Shown in pieces: positions 12,768 through 25,564 of a stretch of 64,000 nucleotides of DNA. The stretch's first letter is position 1. Each line of letters begins with the position of its first letter. The DNA lies in the NCBI GenBank assembly GCA_965655095.1, contig OZ296654.1, positions 2,046,001 to 2,110,000 of the forward strand, read 5' to 3'. Made by a program: the position numbers and the translations under genes. The stretch comes from Haplodiscus bocki (Eukaryota). A model generated the notes under the pieces. That model was not told the DNA's origin, ran no database searches, and was given only the letters and a program-made list of their open reading frames with translations.

Positions 12768-13089
12768 ATTGTTGTTGTTGATTGCCTTTGCTCAGGAGGC
12801 GACCTCAGTGGAATCATCGTCTTGTAAACGGAGGAAATTGGCTGCTTCTGTTGGGGATTCCCAGAGTGATAGCAAGCACAAATTTGTAGGAATTGCTTCA
12901 CAGTCAAATAGATGGTTCGTTGTATGCTTCTCCTTCTTGCAATTCGGGAATAGATCTGAGTCTTCTACTCCAATCATTCCGCCTTTTCGTGGTGGACCCA
13001 ACACGAAGGATGCTCCTGCGTGCAAATGGAAGGTCAGCGGTCAAACCCTGGACAATCATCCCTCCTTCGAGAAGAAGAGAGACCTCAAC
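12768..13089 (-). mobile_element. Short non-LTR retrotransposon insertion (LINE 3' end with CCHC finger remnant and (CAA)n tail)
   Basis: Peptide IGVEDSDLFPNCKKEKHTTNHLFDCEAIPTNLCLLSLWESPTEAANFL is a LINE ORF2 C-terminal zinc-finger pattern. Tail caacaacaacaa. Perfect 13-bp TSD tgtgtggtcttat at 12755-12767 and 13090-13102. Confidence 0.85.
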
Positions 13090-13789
13090 TGTGTGGTCTT
13101 ATCGCTCAGTGTTGAAATGATATGACTCCTCTCTGGAAGGTCTGGCTTAGAAGAACTAAGTAATGTAATAGTTTTGCTTTTTTAGTAAATTCACTAAAGC
13201 TCCGACTAAAAATTACCAAAAGGTTGACTAAGCAAGTTTTGGTTATGATAAACTAAAGGAAAAAATTTCATACGCAGAAGCCATTTTTGAAATTCCTTTT
13301 CGCAAGAGATTCGGCGGAGACAGTGTTGGAGATACTGAACGTTTGAGCCAAACTATCAATCTGCACAATGAAATAGGTGGGTGAGCCCGCGTCGTGTCCA
13401 AAGGAAAGTCCTCAGTTTCATTTTTTTGACATCAAACTGGGGGAAGGAGTTGCCTCGCTAGCTCACAGAAGAAAAACTTCTAAGAGTGATTAATTCAAAC
13501 TTTAAAGTGAAAAATTTTCATGTGTTTCTGTTCCTGTCTGAACCAGTTCACGACTCAAGTGACTGAGTTTGCTTAATTGACAGCCTACAAATTCACCTAA
13601 TTTCTTGTGTTTGGCGCAGTTAGTCCTTATGTACCTAAGTTTTTTCTATTCTTACAGTCATTCGTCAATTATTGATCGTTCTTGCCTTTGTTCTTGGCTT
13701 TTCTGCTGGTAGTAAAAGTAGATTTTTGAAAACTTTGCACCTCACTGATCAACCTGGATTACAAAACAGTTATGAGTCGATTCGTCTGC

Positions 13790-15050
13790 CCTAGATTACC
13801 GACAGAAGAAATATTATATTCCGAGGCTATGAGCTTTCGCCCTTGTGTCAGGAAAAACATTCATGCTTGTAGGCCTGGAGCATTTACCTCAGGAACTGGT
13901 AATTCTAATTCTTAGGCGGGAAGAGCGAAGCTTTTCACACAAAGATCATCAGTCTATTGACTTCGTTTTTGTTTCGCTTTTTTTCATTTTTTTTGGCTTT
14001 GTGATCTAGCGAGACAATCCTTTTGACGAGGCTTTGCTCGCAAAATTTGTCACTATCGGAACACCTAAACTCAACCCCCAAATCTCCGTTCGAAAGTTTT
14101 ATAACGGGGGTATTTGTTATTCATAGTACGGCAAAGTTCTCAGCTATTTTCTTAACAAGTTATTATGTTCAATTTTATTATCAATTGATCTTTGCATCTG
14201 CGGAAGTTTATTTCATGACTGAAGGTATTAAATTTCAAGTTTCTAGAAGTAGGTGTACGTCCAGTGAGAAAGCAAGATGCATATTAAAGAGTTCTGAACC
14301 CAGCGAGCACGTTGGCTGATGGCATACTTTGTGTCAATGCTAAGAAAAAGAAATTTTTTCTTTCACAGAGATGTTCCTATCGCCCCGTTTATTCGTTCAT
14401 CAATCGTCTCTAATAACTTCTGTGGACATCCGCGGAATAGAAGACAGCTGTAGTGAAGGTGGCACTGTTGTAAGGCAAATAGAAACTTGCCACAAACTTT
14501 ACTAATCTAAATGCAGATAAAGGACAATACAGTTCCCGACCACGGAAAATACTCATACGCTCGTACTATTCGTTCGTACTATCCAATCTTTGTACCGGAC
14601 AGCCGGTGTTCGCACAAGTAAGGGTGAATTCATCGGGTGCATTGACGAGAGTAACTTTCGACCTCACCCTCTGACTACTGAAGATCTGAAATCCTTGTGT
14701 AAAGCTCAAGCTATGTCTCCAGTGGTGAGTGTGAATTCACTCACTATCGGATTACATAAATGCCCAATGAAAGTTAATTATCAAATTGGTCAAATGACTA
14801 GAACTTCGAGATAATTTTGTAGGTTTTTTCGGGGCTTTTTACTATCTCTCTATCCAATTTTTTCTGATGCTGCTCAGTTGGGACAACAAAAGGGGGCAGG
14901 TTATAGCTTTCCCAGTTTTGCAAACTCGGGATGGTCTTTTGTAAGCCCAGTGTGTTGCAAAAGTTGAGGTAGGGTGATTTCGAATATTTGACCCAAAATC
15001 AAACCTGTTCCTTTCCGTAATCTGCACTGCAACGGCTTAGCCTTATGTAT
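13790..15050 (-). repeat. Putative 3' LTR (boundaries approximate; probably contains an insertion at ~13930-14470)
   Basis: Collinear similarity to 26030-26620 and 27965-28080, e.g. ggtgagtgtgaattcac...ttatcaaattggtca vs ggcgagtgtgagttcaa...ttatcaaattggtca. Confidence 0.6.
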
Positions 15051-15449
15051 TCCATTGCAAAACACGCTGAGTTGGTCTTCGATGTCCTCGTCCCGGGTGA
15101 AAATGATTGATGTTCGTCAACTGATCTTCGAAAGCTTTAGCTGAGTTGACTCGAAAGTGCCTAAACAGGATTCACTGTCGTCTGTTTGAGAAGGGTGGGT
15201 TTCGCAGTATTTGACATTGATAAGTAGGGTTGTGTGGTTAGGAACTGTCTCTGTCTTGGCTCTCTGCTGCACAAGATCCCGAGAATTTAAAGGATTGATA
15301 ATTTAGTGGGGTACAAACCAGTTCCGCAATCATTGCGCGATTCCTTGGTAAATTTTATGAGAATATAACCACGAGTTCTATGATTTACTGATTCGCATCA
15401 ATTTGACTGCATCAATCAATTTTATTCCACAATTCAAAAACAACTACTG

Positions 15450-18400
15450 CATCAAGCATAATTTGTGGCGCTCCTGGTCACTTCCTTTTTTGTGTTCTTT
15501 TTGCTGTTTCCTTTTTTCTCTTTTTCCACTAATTTTGTTTCTTTTGCTCTCTTTGCAGATGTCTCTTCTTTTCTACAGAAATTTGTTTTTGTTTTTTCTG
15601 ATCTTTGTTCAGTCTGCGGTTGCTGCCACAAACTTAGGGTGTACGACAACTACCATGGATATGAATGGAAAAATTTTTGCTTTGTATAACACACGGTTGT
15701 GATTAAAACGTGTTTTCTGCTCTGAGCGCTGTTAAAAGTCCTCTGAACCCAGTAGGGCTAGGGTCACATTTTCTCGATGCCCAGGCCATAAAAATTATAT
15801 TCAAGACAACGTCAGGAGGCAGCACCATTGGCTTGATAGGCCGCATCAAAGACTTCCAACTCACACTTCGTCTTCAAAAATTAACGGAAACTGCAACAAA
15901 ATAACCAACTTCGAACGTGTATTCAATTTATTGGTAACTTCAACGCGTTGCTATTGAACAAATAATAGTGCATTGGTGATGGCAGCTTGGCATGAGAGGG
16001 CGATATTACCCGGCAACTTCAAGATTTGAGGCAGCACCATTTTTCGGGAATTGAGCTTGAAGTTCTCTCTGCTTGGTCAATGCTAAGCACTCATCGTTCA
16101 TTGGTTCGGAATATATTTTCGGTTCTCCTAAGATTAACTTTCTTCTCAACTGGTGCCAGGAATTTCTGTCCTTTCAAGGGGTACGCCCAGTTTTTTTGGT
16201 CTAAGCAATTTTTGGTGTCAGGCTTCCCTGTAGGGACCATTTCCATGTGCCAATGTCTTCCGGATTTGTCTTCATCAGATCGTCCTCAGGCAGTTTCTCA
16301 CAAGAAATAGCTCGAACAATATCTTCCTGTGCTGTACTTGGAGCTAATGACTTTGTTGACTCTACCATTGTACTGAGGAGACACTTGACACTTCATGTGT
16401 ACACAATTCTCCTGTCTACCATTCAATTGTTTTTTTTTGTTTTTCGAGATGGCATTTGTTGATGCCGTCATTCCTTCAGTAGAATCTTACATCCTTCAAA
16501 CGAAATTATTGGAATGATGTTTTGGTAGCATCATATAGGTGTCGGGTCTTGTTGAGGAGATGCTTTTGACGGTGTTAGTGGCGCGACAGGTCAACCTATC
16601 TCAACTGATCTACTGCAAAGGCTCCAATTTATCCCTTATAGCGTTGAAAGATCAACTTCATTTCCTTGTTGCTCCATCTGTCATCTCTCTGAGTCCGTCC
16701 ACCACTCCCGAAGGGCTTGTGAACCCAATTTGAGGCCATGCCAACTGTCAAGTTGCAAGTCAGTTGATTCTGCAAGAAGGTGAGATGATTGCTTTTCCAT
16801 TACTTGACTATCAGGATCAAGGGTCGTGATGGTTACTTCAGGGTAGTGATGGATTCGTAAACACTCAGCCTCACCGGTAGACAGAGGTCCACTGCGTCAT
16901 TATACAGAACGATTAACAGTTGCGAAGGGCCTATGAAATCTGGAGCTTCTTCATTATTGGTCTTTTCTGACTGCGCTTCCAAGAAACCTGCTTGAGTCAT
17001 TATTGGTGAGTATATAGAGCAGCAAATCTAATGTTAGGCGACTTTCCATTTTTCTTCAAGGGCCACACTGCTCTGTAGGTGTTGTCTTTCGAACAACTTC
17101 GATAAAATTCCGAACGTCGCATGGTGGCTTTCGTGCAGAGAATGAAATTAAGGATCGAGCGGTGCTGGCTGAAGTGGGAATTTGTTGGACCAAGCCCAGA
17201 AGTCCTCCCGTCCAGGAGTGTTCATGTCACGAAGCATACTTGTTTAATGAACCCTTCAACTTGCCACTTGACAGCGTTCTTTTCAGCTGTTGCTTCTTTT
17301 TCAGACACACTTTAATTTCTCTCCACAAAGGCGGAATTCCAAGTCCACTCCAGTAGCATTATCCACTCGTTCACTTCATCTCAATGATTATTCTCAGCCC
17401 CACACTGTAGCATAGTGGCTTGAAGGCTCAAACACCAATCTAACACACTGTGTGTGCGTATCCAATCTGTGGTTAGAGTTTGGGATCCTTGTGTGATGAT
17501 GGTCGCTCTTTGGGTCATATTCACCAGATGTTGCACTACTGCCGAAGTCAACCATTCTAAGGAGGCTTGTTTCAAGCCAGAAGTTTTGCAAAATGTGCTC
17601 AGTTTCCTTGTGTATGGAAGGAACTTCTGCGGATTTTGTTCAATGTCACCTGAGGGAGGCCTTGCTTTCCAAAACAAAACTCTACCTCAACTCTGAAGAA
17701 TTCTTCTAGTCTGTGTTCTCGACAGCACGAGGCCATACATTTTCCGTGGTCGTAAGTTGTCACGTCGCAGAAGGATAGTTGCCATTTTGCGGTGGTACTT
17801 ATGAGCATTAAAATCTGTGAATTCTGCGCAAAAAAGTAGAAAACGCTAGATCAAGGGACGTGGCGGTTCGGGGCTAATCCACAAAATGGATGCACAACTT
17901 TCCACCATCGCGACGTTATTGGAATGAAACGTTCTTGAATGACGGAAAAGGTCTTGTGGAAACAATGCAGGAAGTATAAGTGTCCAGAATTGATGCTATG
18001 AAGACCCTAAAGTTTCCGGCTCTGGTTAACAACGTGTTGATTTTTGTGCATTGTCTAACCAGTCCTCCAATGGCGTCCCCTCTATCGAAGATCCATCGAG
18101 TCAATTGATCCGAAAAGTTGCTTACAACGATGACAGCTGGCACCTGAGTTGTCCATGTGGCGTAACAGAAAATGTCCTTGGCAATAAGAGAAACCATGTG
18201 AGATAGCTTAATGGTGGCAAACGAAATGCACGGCTTATCACCTACTGGAAAAGAATTTTCTACGCCATGCTTCAAATTGGAGTCTGAAAAATACCAAGAT
18301 GTTGAATCTGTCAGGTTCACTTTTCTGAGTCGTTGCAACCAAAAACAGTTTTTTTTCCAGATTCTCGAAGCGAGGGCTCCACTGATATGTTCTGTTTAAT

Positions 18401-20545
18401 TTGTTGGCATTCAGGCAGATGAGCGTGGCAGTCTTCTAAAAATTGTTTTTCGGCCTGCCCACTCCAAATATATATATATGATCAATGTTTTGTTGCGGTC
18501 CATTCCTTGCATCGTGAAGGTTCTCATCGCTGCGATTCTAGACCTTATGTTGTCCAATCGAAATGTTTCCTCTGTTCTGACTTTTATGTCCGTTTGTAGG
18601 AACAACTTGCAGCATGCTGCAACGTCCGTCTCAAAACTTGTTGGCCCAAACTTTTCTGCGTGCTTCTTCTCAGTGGCTCCATGCTCGTCAGTCATTAGTG
18701 AAAACCAAAGTCCCTTGACTTTTTTGACCTCAGAATGTGTTCAGGTTTTGCCTTGTTCACATTAATTTGATGTTAGTGGAAAAGTTATTCGTTGCAGTGA
18801 TGGGCATTGTTGCTCTGGCGTGTGTTCAGAGGATGAAGTTGCTTCTTGGGACTATTTCTTTTGGATCACCCGGTCTGAGCCAGGGGCGAGGCTACGGATG
18901 TTAAGCAGCGGATTGCGAGTCAATTACACTTGAATCACTAGCGGTTGGTCTCTTAGGTTTTCTGCGGTGCTGTTTTTTTATCAAGCCTTCCGTCTTCTTT
19001 ATCAAAAGAATTTGTGGAGTCGTTCTTCTTTATCCATCTGAATGTGGATATCACATGATGTCTGAATGATATATCTTCCAGGCAAATGCTCGTCTATTCT
19101 GTCCAAGAAAATTAACCAGTTTGAAGTAGCAGTACCGTTTCTGGCCCTTCTATTTATGAAATCCGGCCTTCGAGGTTCTATCCAGTGGCAATTGTACATC
19201 ATGGCCCCGCCATATCCTTATCTTTAGTACATAGGTCACGAAAAACCGCTTTAATTTGATTTTTTTTTCATTTTCTCTTTCATCCACAGATTGCTTGGTA
19301 ATTCTTGGTCCGCCAGCTAACTGCGTGAGGAGGTCTTAAACTGCAGCGGCTTCGTCAGACTCGAGTCATTTATTAATTCAATCACAGAAGTTCATTCCCC
19401 TCTTCTAATCTCTTCTGTTTGTTTTCTTCCCCTCGCTCCGAAGATTTTTTCTTCTCGTTGGTTAAAAACTGTTTCCCGATAACAGCCAGGATGATCCCAG
19501 TTTCCTTCGAGCAGGACTGCTCCTCTCATTTTTTCCAATGTTGGGACTTTTTTTGAGGATTCAAATTTGTCCTTTCAGATTCTTTCAAATCTGTAAAAAC
19601 TAAACTAGTTCACACAGTCTATAAAGGCACTTACAGGTTGTGCCCTGACAAATAGTATTCCTCAGGTGGTTCTTATGAAAATTTCAATGACAGTTTCTTT
19701 CGAGGAGTAAGGCCATTGATCAGGACTGGACGTTATGTTACATGCGCAAAGCCATTCGGGCTTCACGCCGGTCGTAAGATCAATCCGCTGCTCCGAGGTG
19801 TTTTCAATTTCACTAATGATTGATTTGGTTAGTAGGATTTGTTCAACTATTGGACAAATTGTCTACTTCGTTTTTCTTGTTTCTTGATATTCATTTTGAC
19901 CACTTCTGTCTTAGTTTCTCAGTTCAACTGAAATCGATTATTAGGATTGCATAGATCCCGGTATCCTACAAAATTTCGACTAGATGTTGATACCACCACA
20001 TGATTAGTTGCATCCTCGTTTCCACCCCAGTACTGGAAGTAGGATTCCGTTTATGTTTCTGCATTCAACTGTCTCAGCAAGTAGTCCAAGTACATCTACA
20101 AGATTTTTATGAATACGGCTTCCTTCAGTCAAGCGGTGTTAATTTTTAGGAAGACGTATCCTCGGGTCCAAAGTGAGTAAAATTCCGGTTGGTGGGTCTT
20201 TTCTTGAACTCTTTGGCTTCTCCAAATTCCCTAAACAAATGTTTAGTCATTCTTGAGGTTAAATGATTTTTTTTCCGTGCGGCCACTCAATGCTGGATCC
20301 TCATAGCAATTGACGGGTTTGTGATCCGGATTTCTGCGGAAGCAGAGTTTTTCTCCAGTGCTAAGAAGATTCAAGAAAAGGTTGCCGTTGAAAAGTCGCA
20401 AGGTATGTTGCTTGTCTGACCAGATTTCCCGTTTAGGGGGCAACATTAATAATTCAATTCGATGAACCGGTATGTGTGACCCAATCCTCCATTGATCGAT
20501 GTGCCAAATCTTACTCCGAAAATCTTTAGCGCATGAAGGTCACTA
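15450..20545 (-). pseudogene. Decayed accessory ORF of the Gypsy-like element: CxxC zinc-finger-like start and SGNH/GDSL-hydrolase-like segment
   Basis: (TGA for C)PSCAKDFRSKIWH...SH at ~20545-20475. ORF 17916-18338 contains WYFSDSNL (block I-like), ISFATIKL and PAVIVVSNFSD (block III-like). Several further minus-strand ORF fragments follow. Confidence 0.4.
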
Positions 20546-21989
20546 AATGACTTTAAGAAAAAAAAGAGATGCCTTACTTCATAGCAATGTTTAGAACGGA
20601 ATTTGCCCTTCGTGATTTTGTGCTAATTCTGCTATTGTTCTGCATACGACCCCAATATTTTGTCTTGGCCCGCAACTACAGTTTTGATTCAGGTTAATTT
20701 TGATTTTGAGAGTTTTAGATAAGAATATTTTTTCAAATCGAACTTCAAGCCTGTGCCTTCTTGGCGCTTTTGTTTAGTTTCTTGCAGGTCACTCCGAAGG
20801 TGTTCTGATTGAAGTTGTCTTCCGGTCCTTAGTTTGAACTATCAGCCAGGGTGAATCGAACGGTTCTCACATTGTACTTTGTACTTTTTTTCTTCTTTCC
20901 AGCTTTTTACACATGCGTTCCCAGTACGTCAGCAGCTCCTGGTGAGCCTGCTTTGGGCTGGGGACTACAGCTCTCAAAGCAAAAACGTTTTGCACCCTAT
21001 CCATTGGAATGCAATTGACTGTTTGCTCGAGTTTATATCAGCAGTGGAATTGTTTGTATGCTGTTGGGCAGCGAGCACGATTTGTTTGTGGAGGCTCGAC
21101 TGACTCATGGCATATTGGGGATGATGTTGGCCGTCGTCGACAGGCATTTTCGACGAAAATAAGGTGTTGGCTGCCATTGAATTTTTGTTCTTGATGCGCC
21201 TTGACTGTGCTGATTATCCTCGTCTACTATTTCATTTCCAAACCCCGAAAAAAACTGAATTCTAATCTCCAACGTCTTCTGGATGATGGCATTGAGGTAT
21301 CTTGTTTAAAGTTGGTGCTGGCGATTTGCATGTAAAAGTAACTTGTTGGGGAGTAGTCCAACTTTTTGAGCAATCTGACCGTTTCTTCTTTTTCATGTTT
21401 CGAACCGGTCTTCTAGCTTTTTCATTTCGAAGCTTGTCGAAACTGTTGTACTTTGAAATAGAACTTGGTGCTGGAGCGTAATTTAGATCAGCAGGTGGTG
21501 AGGGTTGAACTTTTTCAGCAGGTAGATGTTTCTGAAGTAAAACATCGTATGGTTTAGCCGAAAAGTCACTAAAGCGATATACATCGTAGGGTAGATCCAG
21601 CTCGGTCAAATTCCGTTCTTCTTAGTTATCACAAGTTTCAGTAAATAATCTTGCGGATAACTCCCATGACCATAGTTGCTTCTCAGGTTGAGTGGCCGAA
21701 GATAACAAATGTTTTTCAGAAGAACTAGAAAGAGTGAAAATGCTTATGTAGCCACAGCAAGATTATTCTTTTTTTGAGTGGGTAACTGACGGATGCGGGG
21801 TCTGCCGATTGTACCGTTAACTGGAGTCATGTTACTTGGACTATCCAGTGGTGGGGCTTCTGAGAGTAGAGGTTTTCCCTTAGATGTCTTAATCGATGCC
21901 TGTGTTGGTTTCTTCAACAAAGTCATTGGCAAACGTGTCGAAGTACCTGCTTGGTGAAGGCATTTTCATCAATTTTCCAGTCGAGGGAT

Positions 21990-23680
21990 TTAGAGGCACT
22001 CGAAGTGTACCTAGAATCTATTTGACAAGATTTCATGCTCAATGTTAATGAAAAATAATGGTCCTCGCCAGGCATATAACAGTTTTCTTGTTCATGTAAA
22101 AGTGGGATGACATGCCAAATAAAAAAACGCTGTCTCCTTGTTCTACCATTTCCGCCGGGAGGCGTTGTCAAACCGTCGTTTCTAGCTAATTAGAGTTTGT
22201 TAATGAACCCCGTGTGCTAACTCATGAACGGCGAGTGGTTTCTCTGGCGAGTAACACTCTGTCGTGTTGCGAAACATTGGTATACGTTGCGAAAGGGAAT
22301 TGGATTTTCGCGTCCCGTCTGCAGCATGTAGAGCGGGGAACATCAGGAGTTGTGTCAAATGCTGTTGTAGGCTCCAAGAACTTCTTCGAGCAATAGGTTT
22401 GACTCAATCTTTCTCCTACTATAGTTGACAGAGGTGTAGCAATTTCTGGATAGTTCCTTCAAAAATGTCAGACTGAGGTGATCCAGATATTTTCTAAGTT
22501 TTTGCTCAATGTTCGCGACTAAAAAATCGCACTTCGTGTCTCTTGTGTAATTGCAGGTTTTCAGGCCGGCTACTGCCTCTTCGTTGTTGCTTTCTAAGTG
22601 GGTTTCTGCTTCCAGATTTGTATTGAAATACAGGGTATTTTTTAAAGTGTGACTCCTTGCACTTATGTCTCCTTTTCCGACTTTTACTCAGAACCTAGGA
22701 AAATTTTCACCGCACGAGTTTCACTGAGCTAGGTTGTGATTGTCAGTGGATTGAGAAATTTTGCTTTTTGTCGTTCTGTTCGTCAATTTTAGGGCAGAGT
22801 TAGCAAATTTTACTGTTTTGAGAACAGAAACGGAATCCAATAGTTTTGTTGGGTAGGAGGCTTTTCGCCGTTGTCATTCTAATGGAGTGATTGGCTCTAG
22901 TCTCAATGGTTCAAAAGCGTTATCGATCGTCAAATGAATTTTTAATCAAAAATAGTAAAACTTTAGCTATAACAACGCTTGGTTGTCAATTCTCATGAAC
23001 ATATTGATGAACGTGACAGCTGTGTGCTCCGTACTTCACTTGAATGGGATTCAAAGACTAACACTCCTAGTGCTCTGGATTCGGTATCTTCTTCGTTCCC
23101 TTTTTGCTCTTGATGAAAAAGACATGACAAAGCAATTTTGCTTTCGTCTTGCGTATGTGTGCCTTGAAGTAGCGTCCTTCAACTGTGGCAAAAAATAATG
23201 CTACTACGTCAGATAATTCAATCCTGATTTCTTCAATGGCACGTTCAGCGTTCTCAGACCAATGAAACCTCGAATTTTTTAGCTGCATTATCCCGAGTGA
23301 TTTCGCAGTATTTGTTAAATCAAATAATTTTGCCAACTTTTTGTCTTTTGTCAAGTTGTTGCACTGATGCTCTTTGATGACGAAATCCCTCCAGCTGATG
23401 TCTACCAACAAATAACTTTGTTTCCTGAATGAACCCCAGAATCGAGCAGAGTGTTGTCTACCATTAGGACATCAGCTTGCAAATTGAATCCAATTGCTGT
23501 GGAGCACTCTTTATTTGCTACTTTGAAAAACCGAATAGCCAAACCGTTGCTTGCGCAAAAGATTGACGTATTGAAATTAACATGCTGCATGGAACATTGC
23601 GGGCTAAACTGCGCCAACTCGAAATTGTCAGCACTAACAGTCCAGCTCCTGTGTTGACTAATCCACGTAAGTTGATAGCT
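21990..23680 (-). pseudogene. pol: Reduced pol: aspartic protease, RT connection/RNase H remnant, integrase C-terminal GPF/Y module
   Basis: LRGLVNTGAG (DTG to NTG) at ~23640-23670. KNSRFHWSENAERAIEEIR...ALFFATVEGRY in ORF 23067-23411. SLNPIQVKYGA at ~23026-23058. KRRFD...TRKLLYAWRGP...VHFECL at ~22185-21990. Confidence 0.75.
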
Positions 23681-23799
23681 TGCTACCTTGATGACATTCT
23701 CAACACTAATGTTCCATTGTGACTTTTCTAGGCCTCCCTGGTTTGCAATAGGTCTAGTTCGGAGGTTCCAGCAACATGATCGTTTCTTTAAAAAGTGAA

Positions 23800-25564
23800 T
23801 TCTGATTTGAAATCAAAGTGTATGACAAGCATGGCTCCTATGTTGACCTCTATTGCATCAATGAATAGCAATACTCGCACTGTTCAATCCACTTTCAATG
23901 GTGTTTCGCTCGTCCTTCAATCACTATTTGCTGAGGTTCAAACTTCAAAACTGTTTCCAACTTTTGACGTGTAGCACGGGATTCCACTTGGAGCTCATGG
24001 AAAAGACATCCTTCTAGGAAAAGACTGGTTTGTTCCTTTCCGAGATGGATCATTTTCTACAATTGAACACCCGTCAGCAATCAACGGCTTTTGTTCAAAA
24101 TTTTTGTGATCAAATATGAAGTTATAATGATTCTGTTGATGTGGTTCTATCCTCGGCATTCTTTTTATTTCTTTTTGATGATAGTACCAGATTTAGCTTA
24201 CTCTTGCATAAACCTCCGAATCAACAAGAATAGCAGACTTTAAATGGCCATATTTAAATCAACTTTTGCACGAAAGGTGAATTGTTGGAGGAGTCTCCGT
24301 TTCCACCCTTTCCACTTCAAGAATGCTATTTCGATCCGGTTGATATTAGATGCGGCATTTGCAGGCTTTAGTATATTTACACGAGTGCGCGGTTAATTGC
24401 GACCCTTGAAGAGTGTCGAATATGAAAACGATTGTAACACAGGGATTCGTGCTTTATGCCCTGGTTTTATCAATTTTTTTCGTCTTTTTTGGAGATTTAG
24501 GTGGCTCCAGTGATCGCTGAAGTTTTTCGCCTAATCCTGCTTTGGGTGCTGTAGTGTTTAGGTCTTTTGGTTCTAGCTAGATCGGGTATGCAGGAGTTGG
24601 TTCAGGACGTTGTCCTTTCGTGGATTGTTCCTTCTCGCTTAGTCCCACTGACTCTATGTTAAACTTTCTCAATCTTTCTTGTTAAAGTTGTTGGTAGGTT
24701 ATCCAGTTTTTGTTCGTGTACGTGCTTGCATGCTGTAGCCCGATGTATTTCGTCGATTTTAACCCCCGCTATGAATCATTGCATTGTTTTATCACGACGA
24801 ATTCAAGGCGTCTCTTCCGGACACGCTTCGTTCCTCAACACCTTTAATTTTACAAGTATTACATTTCGGATTCTCACTGTTTCTTTTCTCCAGTGGTTAG
24901 GGGGTTCCTCATTTGGGCTCGGCTTTTGCCCACTTCTAATGTTCTCTACAAAACTTGAAAGATTTGTTCATGTTGTCCGAATTGACATTCGGGCCTGTTC
25001 AAATTTTTTTTCACGCCTCTCAATCCTGGTATTTGATCAAAAGCCACGCAATATTGGGTTTTCAGCTCACGTTTGTGATGCTTTAGAAGTTTTCAAATTC
25101 ACCGTTGTGGAATCCTCTGGAGGCTTTTCGCTCCACTTCAATGTCACTTCTTTGCACACTACTATGAAACTTTTAGTAAACAATTCCAATAGCTTGTCAA
25201 TTACCGACTTGTTGGTGCTGGCGCTAAATTCGTCCGCTCACTCTTCAGCATATTGGAGTTTTTGGGTCAATTCCGGCACTCCAAGCACCAGATCAATTGT
25301 TTAAATTTTCTCTAAGATTTCTAAAAATAAATTCAGTTGTCCAGTGCTAAAGATAGCTGGCGAAGAAAGCTTTATGGTCAAATTTTTGAATCCATTTGCT
25401 TCCACGTAAGCTTGTGTTTGCGTCTGACGATCTGTAGCGGTAGCGTTCATTTGGGTCAGAATTAAATTTCTGAAATTTCGATTCGACAAAGTTGAATCGA
25501 TATAAATAATAGCGCCTGCACTTTGGTCCCCATTTCTTGGTCCAAAGGCCCTAGGATATGGCAA
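23800..25564 (-). pseudogene. gag: gag-like region of the Gypsy-like element
   Basis: Minus-strand ORF fragments lie between the PBS and the protease, with a FIAGL motif at ~24760-24775. The plus ORF 24726-25304 is its antisense shadow. Confidence 0.55.

Noticed and set aside
12980-13089. Hammerhead or HDV ribozyme
   Set aside because: No CUGANGA core, and the P1/P3/P1.1 elements could not be placed by eye; only generic hairpins are supported.
17620-17660. 2A-like ribosomal skipping motif GDIEQNP in ORF 17381-17677
   Set aside because: The essential terminal GP is QK (codons CAG AAG, several changes away), and the frame differs from the SGNH-like ORF. Treated as chance unless a family consensus restores NPGP.
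24726-25304. 192-aa plus-strand ORF
   Set aside because: Antisense shadow of the decayed gag; no independent motif.
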